Source: an uncultured Candidatus Saccharibacteria bacterium (GTDB lineage: Bacteria; Patescibacteriota; Saccharimonadia; Saccharimonadales; CAYVSP01). Taken from it: a DNA stretch of 64,000 nt. Both the position numbers and the translations under genes were made by a program. The notes beneath the pieces were generated by a model, which was given only the letters and a program-made list of their open reading frames with translations, was not told the DNA's origin and did not search any database. Where the stretch lies: contig CAZOZI010000001.1 of NCBI GenBank assembly GCA_964584265.1, positions 1,623 through 65,622 on the forward strand, in the 5' to 3' direction. Below, in pieces: positions 40,595-48,918 of the stretch; positions within the stretch are counted from its first letter, which is position 1, and the number at the start of each line of letters is the position of its first letter.

Positions 40595-42631
40595 ATGACC
40601 CTTAATGACCCGCTAACGGTCGTCAAAGGTGTGGGCAAGGAGCTTGTAAAAAAGTTTGCGGTGTTCAATATCACCACGCTCGAAGATCTTATTACTAACT
40701 ACCCACGCCGTTATGATGACTACTCTGCCATACAAACGGTTGCACAACTTAAACCGGGGACCGTAACTATCCAAGCTAGTATTAAGCAAACAAAAGGACG
40801 TTATGTGCGCCGTGGTATGCATATAACCGAGGCTATAGCGAGTGATGAAAGCGGCAGTGTACGACTAGTCTGGTTCAATCAGCCCTACCGCGCTGCTTCC
40901 CTAAAAGCAAATCAAGAATATTACATTTCTGGTGAGTTTGGGCTCCACTATCAACGCTTAAGCATACAAAATCCATCAATCGAGTTAGCAAGTAGTTTTC
41001 CGGTTAGTACTGCCCGGATCGTGCCTATTTACAGAGAAACAAAAGGTTTAAAATCTCACCAAATTCGGCGGATTATGCGAGAGCTCATGCCGCTCGTTCA
41101 AAATCTTCCAGAAACATTGCCAGAGTGGCTAGTGAAGGAGCAAAGGCTTATGTATCGTGCTCAAGCAGTCCAAATGATGCAATTCCCTGCCAATTCAAAA
41201 GCGCTGGCGGATGCAAAACGACGCTTAGGTTTCGAAGAAGTATTTGAGCTGAGCCTGGCTGCATTACTCAACAAGTACGAACTTCTTAAGGATCATTCAC
41301 TCAAGATTCCATTCAAAGAAGAGCTGGCTAAAGCTTTTGTGGCGCATTTGCCATTCAAGCTCACTTACGCCCAGCGCAAAGTAGTGTGGCAAATTTACCA
41401 GGATATGCAGAAACCGCACCCCATGAACCGTTTGATAGAAGGCGATGTTGGCTCAGGCAAGACCGTAGTGTCTACAATGGCCGCACTCATGGCCATGGAG
41501 CAAGGCTTTCAGGTGGCTTTCATGGCACCCACAGAACTCTTAGCCCGACAACACGCTGATACAATTTACAGACTGCTAGAACCATTGGGCTACGCCAACC
41601 AATTGAGTTTATTGGTTGGTAGTTTAACTCCGACCCAAAAAAAAACTGCTCACGCAAGACTCAAAAAAGGTGATGTGCGTCTTATGATTGGTACGCATGC
41701 ACTTATTCAGGAAAAGGTTGATATGCATAAACTGGGGCTAATTATTATTGATGAACAACATCGGTTTGGTGTGGAGCAACGTAAAAAGCTTCAAAGTAAA
41801 GCTGGGCATATGCCGCATGTTTTGTCGCTAACGGCTACACCAATTCCGCGGAGCCTGGCCTTAACTCTGTATGGGGAGCTGGACATTTCTATTATTGATA
41901 CCAAACCGGCTGAGCGCAAACCAATTATCACTAAACTAATGCCACCAAGTGACAGATTAAGCTTGTACAAAAAAGTTGAAGAAGAGCTAAATAAAGGCCG
42001 TCAAGCTTTTGTGGTAACTCCTTTGATAGTTGAATCTAACACTATGTGGGCTCAGTCGGCCGAAAAAGTCTACGAGTCCCTTCGCAAAGGTCCATTCAAA
42101 CGACGTCGCGTTGGTCTGCTGCACGGCAAGTTGAAAAGTGAAGAAAAGAATAAAACCATGGAACAATTTGTTAATCGCGAGCTGGACTTACTAGTAACTA
42201 CTACAGTCATAGAAGTTGGTGTAGATGTGCCAAATGCGACCGTTATGATGATTGAAAATGCTGAGCGTTTCGGGCTGGCGCAAATACATCAGCTGCGCGG
42301 CAGAGTCGGGCGTAGTGAGCACCAAGGTTATTGTTACTTAATGCTGAGTGATGCAACTCAGCCAAGCCGACGTTTGCGTGCACTTGAGTCTATTAACGAT
42401 GGCTTTGAACTAGCCGAACTGGATTTGGAACTACGTGGTCCTGGCGCAATTTATGGCTCGTCGCAACACGGTGCACTTGATTTGAGGATAGCTACGCTTA
42501 GTGATACAAAGCTTATTGCCTCAGCTCGCCAAGCCGCCCAACAATTTATTGATGACAGCGATGATTTGCTAAAATATAAGCACTTACACAAGCGCGTTAC
42601 ACAATTGCGAAGCGTTACTAACTTGAACTAA
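40595..42631 (+). CDS. recG: ATP-dependent DNA helicase RecG
   Basis: YPRRY, WFNQ, GDVGSGKT, DEQHRFGV.QR, TATPIPR, QLRGRVGR, DGF.LAE.DL..RGPG. Confidence 0.97.
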   Translation: MTLNDPLTVVKGVGKELVKKFAVFNITTLEDLITNYPRRYDDYSAIQTVAQLKPGTVTIQASIKQTKGRYVRRGMHITEAIASDESGSVRLVWFNQPYRAASLKANQEYYISGEFGLHYQRLSIQNPSIELASSFPVSTARIVPIYRETKGLKSHQIRRIMRELMPLVQNLPETLPEWLVKEQRLMYRAQAVQMMQFPANSKALADAKRRLGFEEVFELSLAALLNKYELLKDHSLKIPFKEELAKAFVAHLPFKLTYAQRKVVWQIYQDMQKPHPMNRLIEGDVGSGKTVVSTMAALMAMEQGFQVAFMAPTELLARQHADTIYRLLEPLGYANQLSLLVGSLTPTQKKTAHARLKKGDVRLMIGTHALIQEKVDMHKLGLIIIDEQHRFGVEQRKKLQSKAGHMPHVLSLTATPIPRSLALTLYGELDISIIDTKPAERKPIITKLMPPSDRLSLYKKVEEELNKGRQAFVVTPLIVESNTMWAQSAEKVYESLRKGPFKRRRVGLLHGKLKSEEKNKTMEQFVNRELDLLVTTTVIEVGVDVPNATVMMIENAERFGLAQIHQLRGRVGRSEHQGYCYLMLSDATQPSRRLRALESINDGFELAELDLELRGPGAIYGSSQHGALDLRIATLSDTKLIASARQAAQQFIDDSDDLLKYKHLHKRVTQLRSVTNLN

Positions 42632-42645
42632 GGATTCTTTTTGTT

Positions 42646-43470
42646 ATGTATTCAGGCACTACGCTCACTAAGTTTTCTGGCCGCATTGTTGGCGCGCACC
42701 AAAAAATTGACAGTGTGGCACGGCGCCATCTTAATAAACTACTGGACGATGAAAAAGTATTCCCTTCAATCCACCAAATCTTACAGTTTGAAGGTAGGAA
42801 TGGGCCAGATGGTATTAAAACTAAAAGCCCAGCTCGCGATGAGCCGTGGCACTACTACAGCCCATTTAATGATGAAGAAGGTAAAATCTTTCATCTGATT
42901 GATTCTCACTATAGTCAACTTGTAAAACAGTTAAAAGAAGGTGACAAGGAACGTGCCGCCTTTGAGGCCGCTTGGCTGGCGCATGCTCTTGTAGATGGTC
43001 TGACACCCGCTCATCACTATCCGTACGAGGAAAAACTCACTGAGCTTCGTAGTGGGCAAGGTATCGAAACCCGTACAAGCTTTAAAGAGAAATTGGTTAT
43101 GCACGGTGAAACCAGACGCGAAAAAGCAAAAAACAACTGGAAAATGTGGGGCGCCAGAGGCTTATTCACCACTCATTTTTTGTTTGAAATGGGTATTGCA
43201 ATGCTCATAAAACCACTTAGTTTTGGCGAGGCAACTCCTAGTAAAAGTGATACTGAAGAGTTTGCGAAGCTTGGGTTAAGCGAATGGTTTAAGCGAAAAG
43301 CACGAGAAATTGCTGTGCTGGACATGTACGATGTCTACTATCGCAAGGGCTGGACACCGCGTTTAGCGTATCAAGTACGCCATAAGCTTGGCCCAGTAAT
43401 TGTCCAGACGGTTACACTAGCGTGGTACGCAGCGTTGTGCGATGCTGGCGTGGTAAAACGGCCCGACTAA
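42646..43470 (+). CDS. Putative Zn-dependent phospholipase C / S1-P1 nuclease-fold protein
   Basis: N-terminal H (GAHQ), GPD, WHY, AWLAHALVDGLTPAH (H-x3-D-x3-P-x-H), H-x3-E. Confidence 0.55.
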   Translation: MYSGTTLTKFSGRIVGAHQKIDSVARRHLNKLLDDEKVFPSIHQILQFEGRNGPDGIKTKSPARDEPWHYYSPFNDEEGKIFHLIDSHYSQLVKQLKEGDKERAAFEAAWLAHALVDGLTPAHHYPYEEKLTELRSGQGIETRTSFKEKLVMHGETRREKAKNNWKMWGARGLFTTHFLFEMGIAMLIKPLSFGEATPSKSDTEEFAKLGLSEWFKRKAREIAVLDMYDVYYRKGWTPRLAYQVRHKLGPVIVQTVTLAWYAALCDAGVVKRPD

Positions 43471-44006
43471 TGCGTATTATTGCTGGGAAATTAGGCGGCC
43501 GGAATTTTGATGCTCCTAATGGACAGCGTACCCATCCCATGAGCGATAAAGTACGCGGTGCACTTTTTAACATGCTTGGCGATATTAATGGCTTATCAAT
43601 ACTGGACGCTTTTGCGGGCAGTGGCGCCCTTAGTCTGGAAGCCATAAGCCGCGGTGCTGAATATGTTGTAGCCATTGACATAGATAAGCGTGCTTACAAC
43701 ACCATGGTCAGCAATGCGCGAGCGCTCAACATCGATAAAAAGCAGCTTAGGACTGTGCGAGCAAACGTAAGCAGTTGGTCTGACAATAATGAGAATGAGG
43801 CGTTTGACATTGCGATTGTCGCGCCGCCTTATGATGATTTGCAACCTCCGCTTCTGGAAAAAATAGTGAGACATGCAAAAGATAAGGGTTTATATGTGCT
43901 TGATTGGCCTGGCCACAAGTCACCACCGGAGTTCAGTGGATTGCAACAGCTAGCTCAGCGCAATTACGGCGACGCTCAACTGGTCTTTTACCGCAAAACT
44001 TCGTAA
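43470..44006 (+). CDS. rsmD: RsmD-family 16S rRNA m2G966 methyltransferase
   Basis: MRIIAG..GGR, T.P..DKVR.ALFN, LDAFAGSGAL.LEAISRGA, APPY, YGD. TAATG coupling gives a start at 43470. Confidence 0.9.
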   Translation: MRIIAGKLGGRNFDAPNGQRTHPMSDKVRGALFNMLGDINGLSILDAFAGSGALSLEAISRGAEYVVAIDIDKRAYNTMVSNARALNIDKKQLRTVRANVSSWSDNNENEAFDIAIVAPPYDDLQPPLLEKIVRHAKDKGLYVLDWPGHKSPPEFSGLQQLAQRNYGDAQLVFYRKTS

Positions 44007-44090
44007 ACCTTTGTTAAAAATGCTCGTGCTTGCAAATTCGACCGCGCGTATTATGCTCACTAGTAGCACAATTAATCATAAGAGGATGGT

Positions 44091-44690
44091 ATGGATAAAA
44101 GAGGCATGCGAGATGCGTTAGCGGAGCACCATAGGGTGCAAAAACACCGAGCTGAGTTCAAAGCAGTTACAGAAACGGATCCCGGTGTTCCAGAGCGTTC
44201 GCGTGGCTTAGACTCTCTCACACGGTTTAATAAAATTGCCGCTGACGTACAATTGATGCCCAGGCGAGAACCTAGTGTTACCGCAACAGATAGAGTTTTT
44301 AATAGATCATATTACCCAAACGGAATCCTGCTCGTACCTGATCCACCGCAAGGCTACAGCACATTGGGTGTTAGATGGGAATCAGATGTTATGCCTACAC
44401 AAGGCCCGCTCGCTCCAGAACAAGTTAGCGCCCAAGTTATTTGGCTGGGTGTGCTTGCCGAAGGCGTTGCTCCAGAATTAACAGCTCGTAATTTTGAATA
44501 CACTGAGCAATGTTATCAATGGATGTTTCGGGACGATCCTGAAAAACCCAAGCCCGAGCATTTAGTCGAACTAAATAAATTAGAACATTCACTAATTTTG
44601 TTTGAAAAACTAGTGAAGGCAGATCCTACAGCTGCGTATAAAGCAGGGATTTCTGAAAATTACATGGCAGCAATTGCAGCTAGACCCTAG
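44091..44690 (+). CDS. Hypothetical protein
   Basis: 199-aa ORF with SD GAGG. Confidence 0.65.
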   Translation: MDKRGMRDALAEHHRVQKHRAEFKAVTETDPGVPERSRGLDSLTRFNKIAADVQLMPRREPSVTATDRVFNRSYYPNGILLVPDPPQGYSTLGVRWESDVMPTQGPLAPEQVSAQVIWLGVLAEGVAPELTARNFEYTEQCYQWMFRDDPEKPKPEHLVELNKLEHSLILFEKLVKADPTAAYKAGISENYMAAIAARP

Positions 44691-44774
44691 TAGGTCTTTG
44701 CTACTCTTGAGCTTGTGGACGATAGAACAGCTTTGCTTGGTTTCTTAACCTATATTTTTTATAATGATGCCAAT

Positions 44775-44859
44775 GCCGGGATGGCGAAATTGGTAGACGC
44801 ACTAGGTTTAGGACCTAGCGGGGCAACCCATGGAGGTTCGAGTCCTCTTCCCGGCACCA
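44775..44859 (+). tRNA. tRNA-Leu(TAG) with encoded CCA
   Basis: Acceptor stem GCCGGGA/TCCCGGC plus ACCA, D-loop TGGTAG, anticodon arm CTAGG-TTTAGGA-CCTAG, long variable arm, GTTCGAGTC. Confidence 0.97.
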
Positions 44860-44887
44860 TTGACAACAATAAAAGTTATGCTAAAGT
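44860..44887 (+). promoter_or_regulatory. Sigma70 promoter directly after tRNA-Leu
   Basis: TTGACA (44860)-N16-TAAAGT (44882) with extended -10 TG. Predicted +1 falls at about the ATG at 44895. Confidence 0.7.
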
Positions 44888-44894
44888 AGATTCC

Positions 44895-45005
44895 ATGGTT
44901 ATTCGACCGATCAGTATTAAGCGTTGGCATCATGCCTCTCACCGCCGTATTTTGCGAGCGGATGGCTTTGTGATGTTGCACGATCGTCAGAGTATCAAGA
45001 TATAA
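44895..45005 (+). CDS. Putative attenuator leader peptide, 36 aa (MVIRPISIKRWHHASHRRILRADGFVMLHDRQSIKI)
   Basis: Begins at the predicted TSS, has 6 Arg and 4 His with a RWHHASHRR cluster, and is followed by alternative hairpins. Confidence 0.6.
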   Translation: MVIRPISIKRWHHASHRRILRADGFVMLHDRQSIKI

Positions 45006-45034
45006 AACACTAAACTTCCATCACAGGCTTATCT

Positions 45035-45061
45035 AGCTCAGCAAACAAGCTGAGCTTTTTT
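45035..45061 (+). terminator. Intrinsic terminator (attenuator) upstream of the HIGH-motif gene
   Basis: AGCTCAGC-AAACAA-GCTGAGCT plus T-tract. The 5' arm can alternatively pair with 44951-44959. Confidence 0.85.
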
Positions 45062-45081
45062 AATTTAAATGGACTAGAAAG

Positions 45082-47139
45082 ATGACAGACTTACAAATCA
45101 GTACACAATATGAAGCTGCAAAAAACCTATATAGCAAACACGAACCTTTGTTAGTAGGTCGGTTTGTATTGGGACAAGATGATATACGCCTTCTACCCCT
45201 TAATCTAGACGATATATATAACCGCGTATTTGATTCATTCAAAGATAACCCTGGCAAGGCTATGGCATGGGCCAAAACTTTTGGCAAATTGAGTATAACC
45301 ATTGCTCTTGATGGCTCACCAACAACTTTTGAGTTAGATCGAGCTAAGGACTACCCACCCGCTAATAGAGCTGAGTTAATAACGGACAAGCCTTATGCAA
45401 TTTCTGAAATGTTCTACGCAGAAGATAAGGACTCACCTTTTACCTTAGTATTGTGTGATGATGGTGCCAAACGCACTGAGCTTAACCTTATTAAAGCCCT
45501 TCACATGGTTGACTATGGTTTGATAACTGGGCAGCTTTCACCAACCGAACAACCTGAAATCAGGATTGTGGCTGCTACACCGGATGAGCTTGTGCGAATA
45601 AGCAGTGATTTTGAGGATATAGGTTTAAGACTTTACGGAAACGTTCGGTCAGATAAAGATGCTCCAGAAGTCTTAGGCAGCGTATTGCCTTCTGCTGTAC
45701 TTGAAAACTCTCAAATGGCGACCATGCTGCTAAACAATTCAGCAGAAGTGCCATATACCTTACCTGTATCTGTGCCCACTCGCGAACGTATTAATGTATG
45801 TGCCGCTGGTGTAACTACTGCGAAACGACCACACATCGGCCACGCCTTTCTCCTGGCAAAAGCATTGAGCGAACCTGCTTTTACTGGAGACTTGGTTGTT
45901 GAACTCAACGACCTTGGGCCACGAGTAGCGCAAGCCGTGGCATCCTTTGCGAGCCAAAATGCATTAACATTCGAAGAGGCAGCAACATCTATCTCAAGCG
46001 GAGCTGTTTCTATTGCTGATATTGAAAAAGCTTACATGGCTCGTGATACTAGACAAGCGGCACAGTCTTTACCGACTAATTTTTCCTTAAGAGCTAGCAA
46101 TCGTTACTACGAGAACCTACTTACAGAACTTGCTCCTACTGATACAACCATACGATTTATCGCTAATTCAGACTTGGGTAGTTTAATGCAAGAGCTGGAT
46201 GCCAAACCAGGTTCGCTACCAGTGTTTGGCGATAGCGGCATGGCGCTACTTACTAGTGTTGAAAATGAGGCAGTTGTGGTAAAAAGCGGTGGGGCACCTA
46301 CATTAGCAGGCATTTTGGGTAGCCTATGCACTCGCTACGATATGACTTTTGCAGATAGCCCTAAACCGCTTGATGGTCGAAAGTCTAAGGTATTTGCACA
46401 GAATGGGCTGAACATAGCACAAGTTCCTGGTATGGGAGTGAGTATTGACTTTGATGTGGCCTCTGGGACTAAGGGCGATTCTCCTCTTATTGAAGTACTG
46501 AAGAACGTAGCGAACTACTACGGGTGTTCTGGTAAAGACTTCTTACTGATTTGTAGGAGTATGCTAGAAAAAGCATATTTTGTTCCAGGCGATGGCAATA
46601 GCCTTAATCCTAACTACGCGTCGAGTGAAGCACTAATGTGTAGCTTTGAAGCTGCCGCACAAAACCTGGCTTTGGGCGGGAGTAACGGCTTAGATCTTTA
46701 CAAACCGCTCAAGCTAAAACGAGTAATGCCCATGGTAGCAAAAGAGTTATTAACGAGATTATATCCAACTTACAATCCTACTCGAAAACAGTCACCGCAG
46801 AGCTTATTAGCTTTGCTGGGATCTGATCCAGAACTAGGGTTTAGTGAGAAGCTAAGAGATTATGCAGCAAGCCATCCACAAGTTGACAAGACTATACCGC
46901 GAACATTCTATGAAACGGGCGATTACAAATTACTAGATGCCTTACGCTCAACAACCCCAAGTTTTGTGTTGCAAGCTCTCGCGCGAAAACTAGTGACAAC
47001 ATCCGAAGACGTTAGTGTGTTGTTATCAGGTAGTTTGCTGCAAGAAGTTCAACAAGCTATGGGGTATGAACCGTCCCAGTTAGATGTGTTTCTAGCGAAA
47101 CTACAGAACAGCAAAGAAGTCTACTGTTATGATGGGTAG
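45082..47139 (+). CDS. Highly divergent class I aminoacyl-tRNA-synthetase-like (ArgRS-like) nucleotidyltransferase
   Basis: Colinear ArgRS-like motifs TAKRPHIGH, LNDLG, DIEKAY, VVKSGGAPT, ASGTKGD. N-terminal ~230 aa unrecognised. Confidence 0.6.
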   Translation: MTDLQISTQYEAAKNLYSKHEPLLVGRFVLGQDDIRLLPLNLDDIYNRVFDSFKDNPGKAMAWAKTFGKLSITIALDGSPTTFELDRAKDYPPANRAELITDKPYAISEMFYAEDKDSPFTLVLCDDGAKRTELNLIKALHMVDYGLITGQLSPTEQPEIRIVAATPDELVRISSDFEDIGLRLYGNVRSDKDAPEVLGSVLPSAVLENSQMATMLLNNSAEVPYTLPVSVPTRERINVCAAGVTTAKRPHIGHAFLLAKALSEPAFTGDLVVELNDLGPRVAQAVASFASQNALTFEEAATSISSGAVSIADIEKAYMARDTRQAAQSLPTNFSLRASNRYYENLLTELAPTDTTIRFIANSDLGSLMQELDAKPGSLPVFGDSGMALLTSVENEAVVVKSGGAPTLAGILGSLCTRYDMTFADSPKPLDGRKSKVFAQNGLNIAQVPGMGVSIDFDVASGTKGDSPLIEVLKNVANYYGCSGKDFLLICRSMLEKAYFVPGDGNSLNPNYASSEALMCSFEAAAQNLALGGSNGLDLYKPLKLKRVMPMVAKELLTRLYPTYNPTRKQSPQSLLALLGSDPELGFSEKLRDYAASHPQVDKTIPRTFYETGDYKLLDALRSTTPSFVLQALARKLVTTSEDVSVLLSGSLLQEVQQAMGYEPSQLDVFLAKLQNSKEVYCYDG

Positions 47140-47584
47140 TATGTGTCCTTTTTGTGATCCTAAACAAAACTACCGATTCTTAATGGAAAAGAAACTGGTA
47201 CGGGCTCTCTATGCCAAAAATCCCGCATGTCGCTACCACGTACTAATAGTGCCAAAGAGGCACATTAAACACATTGACGAGCTTACAGATGGAGAATGGG
47301 CAGAGTTCCTAGATATTGTGAAAACTATGGACATGACAATGCGCTCATTAGAAGAATACATAGGCTATAACTTGCTCTCTAACAATGGTGATGAGAGAAT
47401 AAGACAAAGAGTAGATCACTGCCACATACATATGTTTCTAAGAACCAAAGACGAGCAAGACGATCCATTGATTAGCAAGCATTCTCCATTCGGAAAGGAC
47501 CTTACAGCAGCCGAAAGAGCAAGTATGCTGAAGCTTAAGCAATTGTTGATTAAAACCAGTGCCCCACCTGTTACAATGGAATAA
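47129..47584 (+). CDS. HIT-family nucleotide hydrolase
   Basis: CPFC, HVLIVPKRH, GYNLLSNNG, Q.VDHCHIHM (HxHxH). Overlaps the upstream gene. Confidence 0.93.
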   Translation: MMGSMCPFCDPKQNYRFLMEKKLVRALYAKNPACRYHVLIVPKRHIKHIDELTDGEWAEFLDIVKTMDMTMRSLEEYIGYNLLSNNGDERIRQRVDHCHIHMFLRTKDEQDDPLISKHSPFGKDLTAAERASMLKLKQLLIKTSAPPVTME

Positions 47585-47586
47585 AC

Positions 47587-48894
47587 ATGGCTCTATCGAC
47601 ACAACCATATAAAGGCGCGAGGGATTTTTACCCCGAAGATAAACGTCTGCAAAAATATATGTTCGGCGTTATGCGTGATGTCGTCGAGCAATTTGGCTAT
47701 GAAGAGTATGATGCGCCCGTAATTGAGCCATTAGAGTTATTCCTGGCCAAAACAGGTGACGAAATTGTAAACGAGCAAACCTACGCTTTTACTGACCGGG
47801 GCGATCGTAAGGTTGTAATTCGTCCCGAAATGACGCCGACTGTTAGCCGCATGGTTGCGGGGCGTCGTCAGGAACTGGCTTATCCGCTACGTTGGTATAG
47901 CATTCCAAACTTGTGGCGCTACGAGCGTCCCCAGCGTGGGCGCCTGCGTGAGCATTGGCAACTAAATGTGGATTTGTTTGGTCTTGAAGGCATAGAAGCT
48001 GAGGTGGAAGTCATCCAGGTGGCCGATGCAATTATGCAGGCGTTTAAAGCCAAGCGTGATACCTACACCATTAGGCTCAATAGCCGCAAACTCATGGACA
48101 ATTTACTGACGGAGCATTTGCAGATTTCAGAGGTTGAAGCACAGACTTTGGCTAAGTTGATTGATCGCAGAGATAAGATGGAGCCAGAGAAATTTGTAGC
48201 ACAAGTTGATGCTATTTTGAGTCCATCTGAGCGCGACGCTAGCAAAGGAGAGGAGTTATTGAAACTTCTAAAGGTTCAATCTCTTGATGAACTTCCACAA
48301 GAACTCCAGTCAAATAATTCAGTCAAAGAGTTGAAACTGCTCATTGAGCGCTTGAGTGAACTTGGCATAAGCAATGTTAAGTTTGAGCCAGCCATTGTGC
48401 GCGGATTTGATTACTACACAGACATTGTGTTTGAAGTGTTCGATAATAATCCTACAAATAACAGATCTATGTTTGGCGGTGGTCGCTATGACGGCTTGGT
48501 AGGCCTATTCGGTGTTGATTCAGTTCCTTCTATTGGGTTTGCCATGGGCGACGTTACATTGCAGAATTTTCTAGAAGTTCACAAGCTTCTGCCCCAACTT
48601 AAGCCTGAGACTGACGTTTATGTGGTGCTTATAGGCGATGTAGCCCAAGAAGTTCAACCCATATTAAAAGAATTACGGGAGATGGGCCTAAAGCTGGCAG
48701 TTGATTACAGTGGTCGCAAAGCCGACAGCCAAATCAAAGCAGCGCTCAAACGTCGTTTACAGTACGTTCTATTCATTGGCGAAAAAGAATTAGCTGAGGG
48801 CACATATACGCTTAAGAATCTTATAACTGGCGAGGAAGAACGGCATAGTCCGCAGAGGCTGGTAAGCATTATCAAAGACTATAGAAAAAGTTAG
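47587..48894 (+). CDS. hisS: Histidine--tRNA ligase
   Basis: KGARDF, RPEMTP, WRYERPQRGRLREH.Q, VRGFDYYT..VFE, GGGRYDGL, anticodon-binding domain. Confidence 0.97.
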   Translation: MALSTQPYKGARDFYPEDKRLQKYMFGVMRDVVEQFGYEEYDAPVIEPLELFLAKTGDEIVNEQTYAFTDRGDRKVVIRPEMTPTVSRMVAGRRQELAYPLRWYSIPNLWRYERPQRGRLREHWQLNVDLFGLEGIEAEVEVIQVADAIMQAFKAKRDTYTIRLNSRKLMDNLLTEHLQISEVEAQTLAKLIDRRDKMEPEKFVAQVDAILSPSERDASKGEELLKLLKVQSLDELPQELQSNNSVKELKLLIERLSELGISNVKFEPAIVRGFDYYTDIVFEVFDNNPTNNRSMFGGGRYDGLVGLFGVDSVPSIGFAMGDVTLQNFLEVHKLLPQLKPETDVYVVLIGDVAQEVQPILKELREMGLKLAVDYSGRKADSQIKAALKRRLQYVLFIGEKELAEGTYTLKNLITGEEERHSPQRLVSIIKDYRKS

Positions 48895-48918
48895 TGTAAG
48901 GTGTTATAGTAGCCTTTC

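Noticed and set aside
44715-45005. 96-aa ORF in the track
   Set aside because: It runs through tRNA-Leu. Only its last 36 codons, from ATG 44895, are plausible, as a leader peptide.
44840-47600. Integrative element or prophage at the tRNA-Leu 3' end
   Set aside because: No integrase and no duplicated tRNA 3' end (att) seen downstream.
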